Shown here in pieces: positions 52,109 to 61,600 of a DNA stretch of 64,000 nt. Origin of the DNA: Candidatus Micrarchaeota archaeon (GTDB lineage: Archaea > Micrarchaeota > Micrarchaeia > Anstonellales > Bilamarchaeaceae). Position 1 is the stretch's first letter, and each line of letters opens with the position of its first letter. The stretch is from assembly GCA_043812915.1 (NCBI GenBank), contig JBDRLQ010000023.1, forward strand, positions 1,582-65,581, given 5' to 3'. A program made the position numbers and the translations under genes. The notes beneath the pieces are model-generated. The model had not been told where the DNA came from, did not search any database, and worked only from the letters and a program-made list of their open reading frames with translations.

Positions 52109-53431
52109 ATGACTGAAAAGGATGGAAACATCAGGATTTTCGGCGGGGATGGCGAGATCGGCGGCAACAAGGTTCTGGTTGCCGATAAAAAAGAGAAGAT
52201 ATTCCTTGATTTTGGCCAGTCGTTCAAGCACCTTGATGACTATTACGTTCAGTTTTCCTACCTCTTTCCAAGGGGCAGGTTCGGGCTCAAGGACTATTTC
52301 GAATTTGATTTGATGCCCAGGCTCGAGGGCCTTTACGGGGAGCATTTCCTCAAAGACACGGACATGAAGTTCGCCAAGCCCGCCTATGACGCGGTATTCC
52401 TCAGCCACGCGCACTATGACCACCTTGCCCACGCGCGCTTCCTCCACCCGGGGATTCCCATACATCTTGGGGAAGCGACAGAAAGGATTGTGCGCTCCAC
52501 TGAGAAAACCTCCTCCAAGGCGGGAACGGGGATGCTTCCAGCCGGAGCCCCAGTGCACAAGTTCAGGAGCGGCAAGAAGGTGGATGTCGGAAATATCTCG
52601 GTAACTCCCATTCATGTGGACCATTCGGTCCCAGGCGCCTATGGATTCATCGTGGAAACTTCCGGGGGCTCGATTGCATATACCGGGGACCTGAGGCAGC
52701 ATGGGCCAAGGGCGGACATGACCGAGGAATTCCTTAAGAAGGCAGAAGGGGTTGATTCGCTTATAATTGAAGGGACGCGGGTGGGCCCAAAGGAGGAGCA
52801 GAACCGGAGCTATTTCTCCGAGCAGAAGGTCTTTGAGGGCAGCATGGAGGTTGCTGAGAAATGCGATGGGGCGCTGATTACCAGCCGCTATCCAAAAGAC
52901 CTGGACAGGTTCAGGACTTTCTATGAGATTGCCAAAAAGACCGGCAGGCAATTGATTATCTCAATCAAGACCGCGCATCTCCTGCTTTCCCTCAAAGGGG
53001 ACGAGGGGATATCCCTGCCCGACCCGCTCAACGACAAGCACATCAGGATTTACGGGCGGGAGAAGAAAATCTACTATGATTTCGAGAAGGAGCTGATAAC
53101 AAAGTGCGTCAACAGCAGGTATGTCGCCAAGAGGATGGATGAATTAATATTCGAGATTGACTTCTACACTTTGCCCGAATTAATCGACCTCAAGCCCAAG
53201 AAGGGGCATTTCATACACTCCATGAGCGAGCCGTTCCAGGAGGACCCGCTCAGCATCCTCTCGGATGAGGTCCTCCAGAACTGGCTGGACCATTTCCATC
53301 TGGAGAGGCACCAGCTGCACGCCTCAGGGCACGCGTCAATGGAGGAGATTTTCGGGATGATTGAGCGGATTGGTGCAAAGAAGGTCTATCCTATACACAC
53401 CGAGCACCCGGAGCTCTTCAATAAGCATTAA
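52109..53431 (+). CDS. rnj: archaeal RNase J (metallo-beta-lactamase / beta-CASP ribonuclease)
   Basis: HxHxDH motif is LSHAHYDHLAH. Also ..PIHVDHSVPGAYGFIVE.., ..YTGDLR.., and C-terminal HASGHASMEE...IHTEHPE. Confidence 0.8.
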   Translation: MTEKDGNIRIFGGDGEIGGNKVLVADKKEKIFLDFGQSFKHLDDYYVQFSYLFPRGRFGLKDYFEFDLMPRLEGLYGEHFLKDTDMKFAKPAYDAVFLSHAHYDHLAHARFLHPGIPIHLGEATERIVRSTEKTSSKAGTGMLPAGAPVHKFRSGKKVDVGNISVTPIHVDHSVPGAYGFIVETSGGSIAYTGDLRQHGPRADMTEEFLKKAEGVDSLIIEGTRVGPKEEQNRSYFSEQKVFEGSMEVAEKCDGALITSRYPKDLDRFRTFYEIAKKTGRQLIISIKTAHLLLSLKGDEGISLPDPLNDKHIRIYGREKKIYYDFEKELITKCVNSRYVAKRMDELIFEIDFYTLPELIDLKPKKGHFIHSMSEPFQEDPLSILSDEVLQNWLDHFHLERHQLHASGHASMEEIFGMIERIGAKKVYPIHTEHPELFNKH

Positions 53432-53458
53432 AAACGGGCACTCCAGAAAGATGATACG

Positions 53459-54064
53459 ATGTTCAAACAGAACTTAGCCCTGAGGGGATTGCAATCTAAA
53501 ATCGGCAAGGCGCTCTCAGCGATACCGCTATCCCCGAACTCCTGGACCCTCCTTTCAGTGCTGATGGCTTTCGTGGGGGGGATGGTGATTGCGGTATCCG
53601 GCAATCTCCTTGCAGGCATCATCCTGTTCGCATTGTCAGCCCTGTCCGACGCCTTTGACGGCGCGGTCGCAAGGGCAAGGAACCAGGTATCCAAATACGG
53701 GGGTTTCCTGGACGGAGTCGCGGACAGGTTCGTTGAAGCGGCGTTCCTCTTCTCATTCATGTTCTTTCCCCTTCCGGACATTTTCATCCAGGCCAAAATC
53801 TGGCTCGCAGGGGTGGTTTTCCTTGGCACATGCATGCCCTCATTCATACGCGCGTATGCCCATCACAAGGAAGTGCTAACAAGCGAGCAGGCGCACGCCG
53901 TTGGCGGGATATGCGAGAGGAGCGAGAGGATGCTGATCCTGATTGTTGGGCTGGCAGCCGGGATGCTTTTCTCAATGGAGTATTTCGTATATGCCCTCAT
54001 TCTTGTGTGCGCGCTATCAGCGATAACAATCCTCCAGAGGCTGGCGGCAGTCAAGCTTAAATAG
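53459..54064 (+). CDS. CDP-alcohol phosphatidyltransferase family protein (archaeal phospholipid head-group synthase)
   Basis: Complete D-x2-D-G-x2-A-R-x8-G-x3-D-x3-D signature: DAFDGAVARARNQVSKYGGFLDGVAD. Confidence 0.8.
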   Translation: MFKQNLALRGLQSKIGKALSAIPLSPNSWTLLSVLMAFVGGMVIAVSGNLLAGIILFALSALSDAFDGAVARARNQVSKYGGFLDGVADRFVEAAFLFSFMFFPLPDIFIQAKIWLAGVVFLGTCMPSFIRAYAHHKEVLTSEQAHAVGGICERSERMLILIVGLAAGMLFSMEYFVYALILVCALSAITILQRLAAVKLK

Positions 54065-54085
54065 CTTGCAGGCTTTTTCTTGCGC

Positions 54086-55255
54086 ATGGCCGATATCTTT
54101 TCCTTCTTTATAGTGATGGCCGCCGGGCTGTTCTTCGCCGAATTCTTCAGGCCTTTCCATATGCCGTACGTGGTGGTTCTCATACTCACCGGCATATTGA
54201 TCGGCCCATCAGCCCTCAATTTCTTCACTCCGGACGACACCATAGAATTCATCGGCCAGATAGGGCTGGTATTCCTTATGTTCATGGCAGGGCTGGAGGC
54301 CAGGCTCTCCGTAATGGCCGAGCTGCGCAAGTCAGTTGCGGTTCTGGCCATCCTGAACGGATTCATCCCATTCATCGCGGGGGTGGCAATCGCGCTCTCA
54401 TTTGGCTATGGCTGGACCAGCGCGCTGTTCCTTGGCACGATATTCATCTCATCATCAATCGCGGTGATCATTCCCTCGCTGCAGGCCAACAACCTGCTCC
54501 AGACGAGGCTGGGAAAGACGATACTAGGCGCCACGATAGCGGAGGATGTGGCAAGCCTTGTGATATTCTCTATCCTTCTACAGACGATAAACCCGACGCA
54601 CAACGTCCCGCTGCCCCTGTTCTACCTGGTGCTATTCATGTTCCTTGTGACATTGAGGGTTTTCATCCAGAGGCTCAGAAAATTCTACCAGTCCCTGCTG
54701 TCCAGGCGCGCCAGGAAGGAGATATTCGAGAATGAGGTCAGATTCATCTTCGCAATCCTCCTGGCGACGGTGGTGCTCTTCGAGATTCTCGGCCTCCATG
54801 CGATAATCGCTGGCTTCTTTGCCGGCATGGCGTTGTCCGAATCCATAAAAAAGGACATACTGAAGAAGAAGCTGCACGCGATAAGCTACGGGCTGTTCAT
54901 TCCGGTATTTTTCGTAATAATAGGCTCGCAGACAGATATTCAGGTTCTCCTGGACGGCTCCGGCGTGGCGGTCCTTGCGGGCATTATCGTAATGGGCTCA
55001 GTGGCATCAAAGTTCCTCAGCGGATTCCTCTCCGGCAAGCTATCCGGCTTCACTTCCAAGGAGAGCAGCATAATGGGTAGCGCGACCCTGCCCCAGCTAT
55101 CAACAACCCTGGCGGTCGCCTTCATAGGGCTTGAGCTCAATCTCTTTGGCCCCGAGCTGATACTGGCGATGACAATTTTGAGCATCCTGACGACAATCGC
55201 AGGACCATACATAATCGGCATTCTCGTTGAGCGCAAAAAGCCAAAGAGCAAATAG
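54086..55255 (+). CDS. monovalent cation:proton antiporter (CPA2 / Kef-NapA type)
   Basis: About 12 TM segments, with ..VVVLILTGILIGPSALNF.. and ..GLVFLMFMAGLE.. typical of Na+/H+ exchanger family proteins. Confidence 0.8.
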   Translation: MADIFSFFIVMAAGLFFAEFFRPFHMPYVVVLILTGILIGPSALNFFTPDDTIEFIGQIGLVFLMFMAGLEARLSVMAELRKSVAVLAILNGFIPFIAGVAIALSFGYGWTSALFLGTIFISSSIAVIIPSLQANNLLQTRLGKTILGATIAEDVASLVIFSILLQTINPTHNVPLPLFYLVLFMFLVTLRVFIQRLRKFYQSLLSRRARKEIFENEVRFIFAILLATVVLFEILGLHAIIAGFFAGMALSESIKKDILKKKLHAISYGLFIPVFFVIIGSQTDIQVLLDGSGVAVLAGIIVMGSVASKFLSGFLSGKLSGFTSKESSIMGSATLPQLSTTLAVAFIGLELNLFGPELILAMTILSILTTIAGPYIIGILVERKKPKSK

Positions 55256-55292
55256 CCGAATGCAATAAAAAGATTGCAGGAAACTACCTCTC

Positions 55293-55556
55293 ATGGTATC
55301 CAAGAAGATTATTGAGATAGCGCTCATAGTCATCGCGTTCATCCTTTTCCTTGGCATATTGAAGGCTTGGGGCCCATGGGTGCTTTTAGGCAACATCCTG
55401 GTCGCCCTGGTTGCGCTCAAGGTCCTTGGATGGCTCGGCATAAAGATTGAGATAAGCATGTGGAGCATACTGATTCTCCTCCTGGGGGGGATAATCGGGC
55501 TGCTGCTCGTGATGTTCCTGAGCGTCTCAGGAATAGCCTTCAAGGCCAAGAAGTAG
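55293..55556 (+). CDS. small hypothetical membrane protein
   Basis: 87 aa with 3 hydrophobic segments. Confidence 0.4.
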   Translation: MVSKKIIEIALIVIAFILFLGILKAWGPWVLLGNILVALVALKVLGWLGIKIEISMWSILILLLGGIIGLLLVMFLSVSGIAFKAKK

Positions 55557-55557
55557 C

Positions 55558-55776
55558 CTATTCCTTCTTTTTTATTTTTTTGGCGAGTATTTTCTTCATC
55601 TGGCGCACATGCGCGGTCTCATCCTTCTTTATTTTCTCAAACAACTTGACGCACTCTGCATGCTTGCATTTCTCCGCGTCTTTGATATAGCTCTCGATAT
55701 GCCACAGAAGCTCCAGTTTCTTGGTCATCTGCTTGATGACGTTGTAATCGCAGTCGCATAAAGGCTTCCTGACCAT
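55558..55776 (-). CDS. small helical hypothetical protein
   Basis: 72 aa, K/E-rich and helical. Lies downstream of the membrane-anchored ArsR gene. No confident family. Confidence 0.4.
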   Translation of the reverse strand: MVRKPLCDCDYNVIKQMTKKLELLWHIESYIKDAEKCKHAECVKLFEKIKKDETAHVRQMKKILAKKIKKKE

Positions 55777-55820
55777 TCCGAATCACCCCTGATAAGGCAA
55801 CTCCCCATAGGAATATAAGC

Positions 55821-56492
55821 CTACTTCCTGGCCAGTTCGTATATGCAGATGAGCATGGTCCCCAGGCTGAGAAGCGCCACCACTACGAATAGCGGAACCT
55901 CTGAATTCCGCGGGGGCTCATCCATTGCCTGCATCAGTGCCCCGTTCGCGGTGGCCTGCGCCAGTTCGCCTCCCCGTGCATCCGCTTCCGGCATCGGGGG
56001 AGGGAACTCATCCCGGATGGCATAATCCATCTCGGCCCCGTAGGCTTCTTCATACGAGCCTGCCATGGGCCCTGATTCGGTTTTATCCAGGCCTGTCTCT
56101 TCCCAGCCGTCCATTGGGGTGTCAATCATTGCCGTCGGGGGATTCATTACAGGGGCAACAAGCATGAATGAGGAAGCGAGGAAAGCGACGATGGAAAGCG
56201 AGAGCATCAGCATAATCCGCATGCCCTTATGCCTGGGGGCGATTATTCCGGCCCCCTTCTCCGTAAGCTCGTAATACTTCCACTTGTGGCCGTCGTCCTT
56301 CTTCTCAATCAGGCCGGCATCCTCAAGGGTCTCAAGATGCTCCTTCACTCCGGAGACCGACATCCTCAGCTCTGCTGCGAGCTCGGAGAGGGTCTTCCTC
56401 CGCTTGGCCAGTGATTTGAGTATCTTCACCCTGGTGTCGGCTGCCAAAGCCTCGAAGCTCTTCCGGTCAAGGACAATCTGGGCCTCTTCCAT
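55821..56492 (-). CDS. ArsR-family winged-helix regulator with C-terminal transmembrane anchors
   Basis: FEALAADTRVKILKSLAKRRKTLSELAAELRMSVSGVKEHLETLEDAGLIEKK...KYYELTEKG, then TM segment MLMLSLSIVAFLASSFMLVAPV and a second C-terminal TM segment. Confidence 0.7.
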   Translation of the reverse strand: MEEAQIVLDRKSFEALAADTRVKILKSLAKRRKTLSELAAELRMSVSGVKEHLETLEDAGLIEKKDDGHKWKYYELTEKGAGIIAPRHKGMRIMLMLSLSIVAFLASSFMLVAPVMNPPTAMIDTPMDGWEETGLDKTESGPMAGSYEEAYGAEMDYAIRDEFPPPMPEADARGGELAQATANGALMQAMDEPPRNSEVPLFVVVALLSLGTMLICIYELARK

Positions 56493-56598
56493 GGAATACT
56501 AAGGCCCGGCAGGTCTTTAAAAAGTTAGGATATCTTTCGGTCAGGGCCTCAAAAAGCTTTATAAGGAAGCCTGAGACCTATTTAGCGGAGTTGGGAGA

Positions 56599-56940
56599 AT
56601 GTATCATCTTGGAATAGTACAACACCTTATCAGGCCAAATGGCAGCGTGAAGAGTTCGGACGACAGCACACAGGCCGTCATCAGGATGTGGGATGAGAAC
56701 CTGCTGATGATTCTTGTTGACAAGAAGCTCGGCCCGAAGATAAAGGAGAAGGACTATGTCATTGCCGATTACACTCCGATTACCGCTGATTCCCCGAACA
56801 GGAAGATGGTAATCGTGAAGGTGCTGCCCGCCGAGAAGGGCAAGAAAATGTGGCGTGACTTCGAGAAGGAGCTTGAGAGGAAGAAGACGCGGCTGCAGGA
56901 GATGAAAGGACAGCAGCAATCATATCCGTACATAAGGTAA
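56599..56940 (+). CDS. hypothetical protein
   Basis: 113-aa ORF with GGAG/GGGAG upstream of the ATG. No family recognised. Confidence 0.4.
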   Translation: MYHLGIVQHLIRPNGSVKSSDDSTQAVIRMWDENLLMILVDKKLGPKIKEKDYVIADYTPITADSPNRKMVIVKVLPAEKGKKMWRDFEKELERKKTRLQEMKGQQQSYPYIR

Positions 56941-56944
56941 GATT

Positions 56945-57136
56945 ATGGAGAGCGAAGCGGTTGGGCCTTCTCCTGATTTCCGCATGGTCGGAAGGTCCAG
57001 GAGCATAGAGGAGGCCGAGCAGATTGCGCTGCAGTATGAGGCTCAGGGATTCATGACAAAGATTATCCGGAAGGGGATGGGCGGAATCACTCTTTATGAG
57101 GTGTGGGCGGCAAAAGAGCCCACCGCGATAAACTAA
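56945..57136 (+). CDS. hypothetical small protein
   Basis: 63-aa ORF 4 nt after the previous stop. No family recognised. Confidence 0.35.
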   Translation: MESEAVGPSPDFRMVGRSRSIEEAEQIALQYEAQGFMTKIIRKGMGGITLYEVWAAKEPTAIN

Positions 57137-57147
57137 ATTAGGAGGAA

Positions 57148-57220
57148 TGGGGCCGCCGAGATTCGAACTCAGATCACAGCCTCCCGAAGGCTACAGCATA
57201 CCAGGTTAACCTACGGCCCC
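57148..57220 (-). tRNA. tRNA-Pro (anticodon CGG)
   Basis: Reverse complement GGGGCCG TA GGTTAACCTGGTATGCT G TAGCC TT-CGG-GA GGCTG TGAT CTGAG TTCGAAT CTCGG CGGCCCC A. Acceptor, anticodon and T arms pair. The D stem has G-U pairs and one 13:22 mismatch. Confidence 0.85.
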
Positions 57221-57286
57221 AAAAATTGAGTAATTTTGACATATCTTCAGTAGGGTTTATATATCCTTTTTCACCACCCCCTAAAC

Positions 57287-57955
57287 ATGGTGGAGTGGAA
57301 CCTCGGCTGGGCCAGGCGCAGGGCTGAAGGCCTGGAAATGGGGCTCGATGGGCCAAGGGACTGGATTGGCAATCTCAATCTGGACGGCTCGGAGAAAATG
57401 CTCATTTTCAGCAACCTGGTCACTATTGCCATGGCCGTGGTTTTCAATTATCCGCTCGCGACGCTGATATGGATATACTGGCTCGAGAGCGTCATCATCG
57501 GCTTCTTCGCATTCTTCAAGATTCTCCTTGCCAAGAGGCTAAAGGACGAGTCCTTCAAGAACAACCTGGCCATGGCCCTTTTCTTCGCCTTCCACTATGG
57601 ATTCTTCCATATAGGCTATTTCTTTTTCCTGGCCATCCTGCCCTGGTTTGCAAGCGGGCTGAGGAACCCCGAGTACATACTGCTCACCGGGGGTGTATTG
57701 TTCATCAGCCATGGCTTCTCATTCATACTGCATGTGCTCAAGCAGCATGAGGGCAAGAATGAACAGACGGCCGACATCCTTTTCACCGAGCCCTACGCGA
57801 GGATAATCCCGATGCACCTCACAATAATCCTTTCAGGATTCGTCATCGGTTTCCTTGGGATCATCAGGAACCTGCTGATACTGGTCCTCTTCATGGGGCT
57901 CAAGACCGGAACGGACATCTACTTCCACCGGGAGAAGCACAGGATGGCAAAATGA
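57287..57955 (+). CDS. hypothetical multi-pass membrane protein (start uncertain)
   Basis: 222-aa ORF with ..YWLESVIIGFFAFFKILLAKR.. and about 6 TM segments. Confidence 0.5.
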   Translation: MVEWNLGWARRRAEGLEMGLDGPRDWIGNLNLDGSEKMLIFSNLVTIAMAVVFNYPLATLIWIYWLESVIIGFFAFFKILLAKRLKDESFKNNLAMALFFAFHYGFFHIGYFFFLAILPWFASGLRNPEYILLTGGVLFISHGFSFILHVLKQHEGKNEQTADILFTEPYARIIPMHLTIILSGFVIGFLGIIRNLLILVLFMGLKTGTDIYFHREKHRMAK

Positions 57956-57958
57956 TTT

Positions 57959-58273
57959 TTATCTTTTCCGAACGAGCAATTCCGCGGATTCGGAAGCGCC
58001 CAGAAGCTCGACCGAATATTCCTTCCAGTCCGCTTTCGCTTTGCTCGCATAGCCTTCGGAAAGCCGGCACAGCTCAATCTTGGCAGACTCATCAACCTTC
58101 CCAAGGAGCAGGACGACTGTCACCCCGCTTCCTCCGGGGTAGCTTCCCCCGGTGCCCTCCGGCCCGGCCTCTATCGTCTCATTGACGATGTCCAGAATCT
58201 CCACTTCCAGCCCGTCCTCAAAAACAGCCTTCTGTTTTATCTCCAGCCTGAACTTCTCTCCAAATGCCAGCAT
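57959..58273 (-). CDS. hypothetical protein
   Basis: 104-aa ORF, co-directional with the 72-aa ORF upstream. Confidence 0.4.
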   Translation of the reverse strand: MLAFGEKFRLEIKQKAVFEDGLEVEILDIVNETIEAGPEGTGGSYPGGSGVTVVLLLGKVDESAKIELCRLSEGYASKAKADWKEYSVELLGASESAELLVRKR

Positions 58274-58297
58274 GAAAAAACCTAAAAAAGGAAAAAA

Positions 58298-58516
58298 TCA
58301 GTCCGCCAGCGAAAGCAGGACCTTCATCTTGAATGTTGTGAGGAATTCCTTGTTCTGCCACTGCCCGATGAGGTAGTCGCCTTTCACTTCGAGCACCTTG
58401 AACTTGGGAGGGCTCGGAAGGCCGTGGTCAACCGCCAGCGTCTTCCCTTTCAAATGCTGCAAAGCAGCGGCATAATCCTCTGCCCCTGCCAGAACTTCAC
58501 TCAGTTTTTTTGCCAT
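58298..58516 (-). CDS. hypothetical small protein
   Basis: 72-aa ORF. No family recognised. Confidence 0.4.
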   Translation of the reverse strand: MAKKLSEVLAGAEDYAAALQHLKGKTLAVDHGLPSPPKFKVLEVKGDYLIGQWQNKEFLTTFKMKVLLSLAD

Positions 58517-58645
58517 AATTCACACCTTGCTTTCCCTTCGGAACCTAAGTTTATTAGCATATCGGAGCTCAATTTGGCGGCGGGCAGGACACACTCCCAA
58601 ACGCAGGCACACACCACAATCATACGTCGTTGGGCAGATGAAATG

Positions 58646-58653
58646 TTTATATA
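58646..58653 (+). promoter_or_regulatory. TATA box (TTTATATA) for leaderless transcript of the large surface protein gene
   Basis: It begins 29 nt upstream of the ATG at 58675, and no SD lies in between. Confidence 0.5.
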
Positions 58654-58674
58654 TTTATTTCCTGAATTTCTTCC

Positions 58675-61600
58675 ATGCACCCGAAAGAACGCAAAAGTTC
58701 CAGGAGCTATTTTGGAATAAAGGAAGAATACATCACTCTTGGGCTTATTGCACCGCTGATATTCGCCTGCATGGTGACCGATCCAATCCTTGTCTCTGTC
58801 GACAACTTCAATAACGGCCAGTCTTCGGCATTGCTGGTTTATGGCGGGTTGGAGAATCAGACATTCGATTTCAACATCTCGAAATACGTTGCCAGGGGCA
58901 ACTGGTCGAAGGACGGGGTATTCGCTGATTTCACGGTGCAGATGTGCCCCACTGCTGGAGCGCCATCGAACCTTAGGTTATATTTCCCGGATACAAACAA
59001 TTCTGTTCTCCTTCACGCGGGTGCGCTAGGAGGGTGCCAGAACGTCACGGTGGATACGCTGGGATTCGACCCTTATTTCAACACCACCACCGCGACCATA
59101 ATTAACCTGCCGATGATTATCGAGGCCGCAATCGCGGGTGGGCAGCTCAACGGGGTCAACTTCATGATGCTCAGGAATCCCAAGATATACGATTCCTCTG
59201 AGGCCGTGACATACACCCTCATGTGGCCCTACTTCCAGTCTGACCAGGTGAGGTACAAGTGCAATGATTCGGATGTTGAACGCCTAGTAACATCTCCAGC
59301 TAAGACATGGAATTTTGCCTTTAAACTCCCGATGGATCTTCCTGCACTTCCTCCGTTGCCTTCGTTACCGGTTCCAATACCTCTACACGGCAACCAGCTA
59401 AGTAGCTCTGCAAATTTCTATGACATGCCATGCCCGGCCTATGGCATCCCTGGTAAGCATACTGGCAAGGTGACTGGTGTTCATATGTTTATTGACGGCA
59501 TCGATTGGGTGGACTACTTCAACACCACCGATTATTTCAACACCACCCTGAACACCACCTACTGGGACGTGCGGACTGCCAATGCCTCACTCCCGGCGCA
59601 GAATTACAGCGTGCTGCGGATGGAATCCCCACAGGTTGCGACTGGTATGAACGCATTCTATTCAATCCCGGTCACTCCGAATGCGACAGAAAGATTCAAC
59701 ATATCGCTCAAACTCGCGAGCATGGACGTCTCCGGGGACATAGGGGCATCGGCGGCAGGGATAATCGCTTTCTTCAATGGCACTTCTGAACCGACGACCC
59801 AGGCACTATTGGTAACCAACCTCAGCCAGCTTCTGGTCTTCAATGAAACCGCGATAATGCTTATGTGCAATCTTTCTGGGCCGGAGGCCAGCGGGGCTCT
59901 TGGGCCATCACCGCATATTTTTGAAATCAGCAGTGAAGGCAAAAACATCAGCTATTATCTGGATGGTGCCCTGTTTGGCAGTTGCCTTGGTGAGAACGGA
60001 ATCAATGATACTGTCTACTACATGTTCTCCCCTGATGCCATTACTGATGGCTGGATTGGCAACATGAGCGTGGATTCTGTAAATGTCACTTATGAGAACT
60101 GGAATGGAACTGACTGGGTGCCTTACGTTTATTTCCAGGAGACATTCGATGCCCTGAACACAACCGCATGGACAATACTGAACGACACTGCTGCCGGAGG
60201 CTCAAACTACTCGATAAAAAGCTGGCTCTACGATCCGAGCGGTTTCGCTTACTATGAGGACAACTGGCCGGCAGGGGAGCTTGACCTTTACTCATACGCG
60301 GATGATGATGGCAGCGGCATCGTGATGTATTATAATGAGCCCTTGGTCTACTTGGATGCCAGCACCAGGCTCTTTTTAGTGAATATTACCGCAAGCGCGA
60401 ATGATGTTCAGGGAGACGCCTCCGGGATATTCCTGATGAGGAGCAAGATGGATCCTGATACGATGGCCAACTTCATTCCACAGGTGGCAGCAGCCATTGT
60501 CTACAATGGCACTGACTACAGCATGTTCTGCGACCTTTCGGCAGGCGCGAACGCAACTGGCACTTTCACCGTGCAGAATGATTCTTTCGGAATGTTCTTT
60601 GACAACACAACGCTCACCATGGTTGCTGGAACGACAATCCTGGACAACTGCACATTGCCGGATTCAGACCTCTATTTCGCCTTTACATCCGATCCGCTCA
60701 TAGACGCGAACAACGGGAACTCAACGCTCGATTCGGTAACAATCGCCGCAGTGAACCTGCACAATGTGACCGACTGGAGATGGTTCGAGCCTGAATCGGA
60801 GGTATGGGAACAGGTCTCGGCTTTTGGTGGGGCATTCAACTTCAGCATAACATCCGATGTGATAGTCAGGGACTGCACAGACCCATGGAACTGTGGATAT
60901 GATTTCCAGCTCCAGTCGGATACGGCCGGGAGCGTCAATATCTCAATAGTGAATATCAGCTACGAGAGCCTCATCGGATACAATGGCGGTGCACCAAATG
61001 TCACAATAACCAACACACCGATATTCTCATGGATGGCTGACAATTCAACAATAAGCGATTCGGAAGTGAGGTATCAGAGCGCCTTCTTTGATTCCAGAGT
61101 GGAAAGCAGCGACATAATAATGAGCGACCTTGAGTGCACCTACGCCTCCGGCTCGCAGCTGTACGGCGCGTACAGGCTCTCAGGGTTCAGCAATAACAGC
61201 CTGGGCAACCCGCCCCCTCTGGGCGTGCCCTCAATCGAGATTTCTCCAGAGCCCTGCGGGGAAATAGTCAATAGCGAGATAAACGGCGGGCTGATGCTGG
61301 GTGGCTCCGCATATAATTCTGTAATCCGCGGAGGCGGAGGACTGTTCATGGACTTCGAGGACGCTGTTTTCGAGAACTATTCCCTGGCTACCGGCAAGGC
61401 GACCATGAACCTGACGAAGTATGGTGCCAACGCCCCTGCATGGCTCACTGCGATGGGGCAGCCTAATGACAGCATTGATGTCACGGCGCTCCTGGGTATT
61501 TTCGGGGGCGGCTCTGTGCCGCTTGGCTGCTTCGAGGGAGCGACTTTTGCGATAGAAGGCTTCCCGGAGGCTGTGCTCTCGGATTCCACCGAGCCGTTCG

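Noticed and set aside
52019-52951. 310-aa minus-strand ORF opposite the RNase J gene.
   Set aside because: It is antisense to a gene with a complete HxHxDH / beta-CASP motif set, and its composition is shadow-like.
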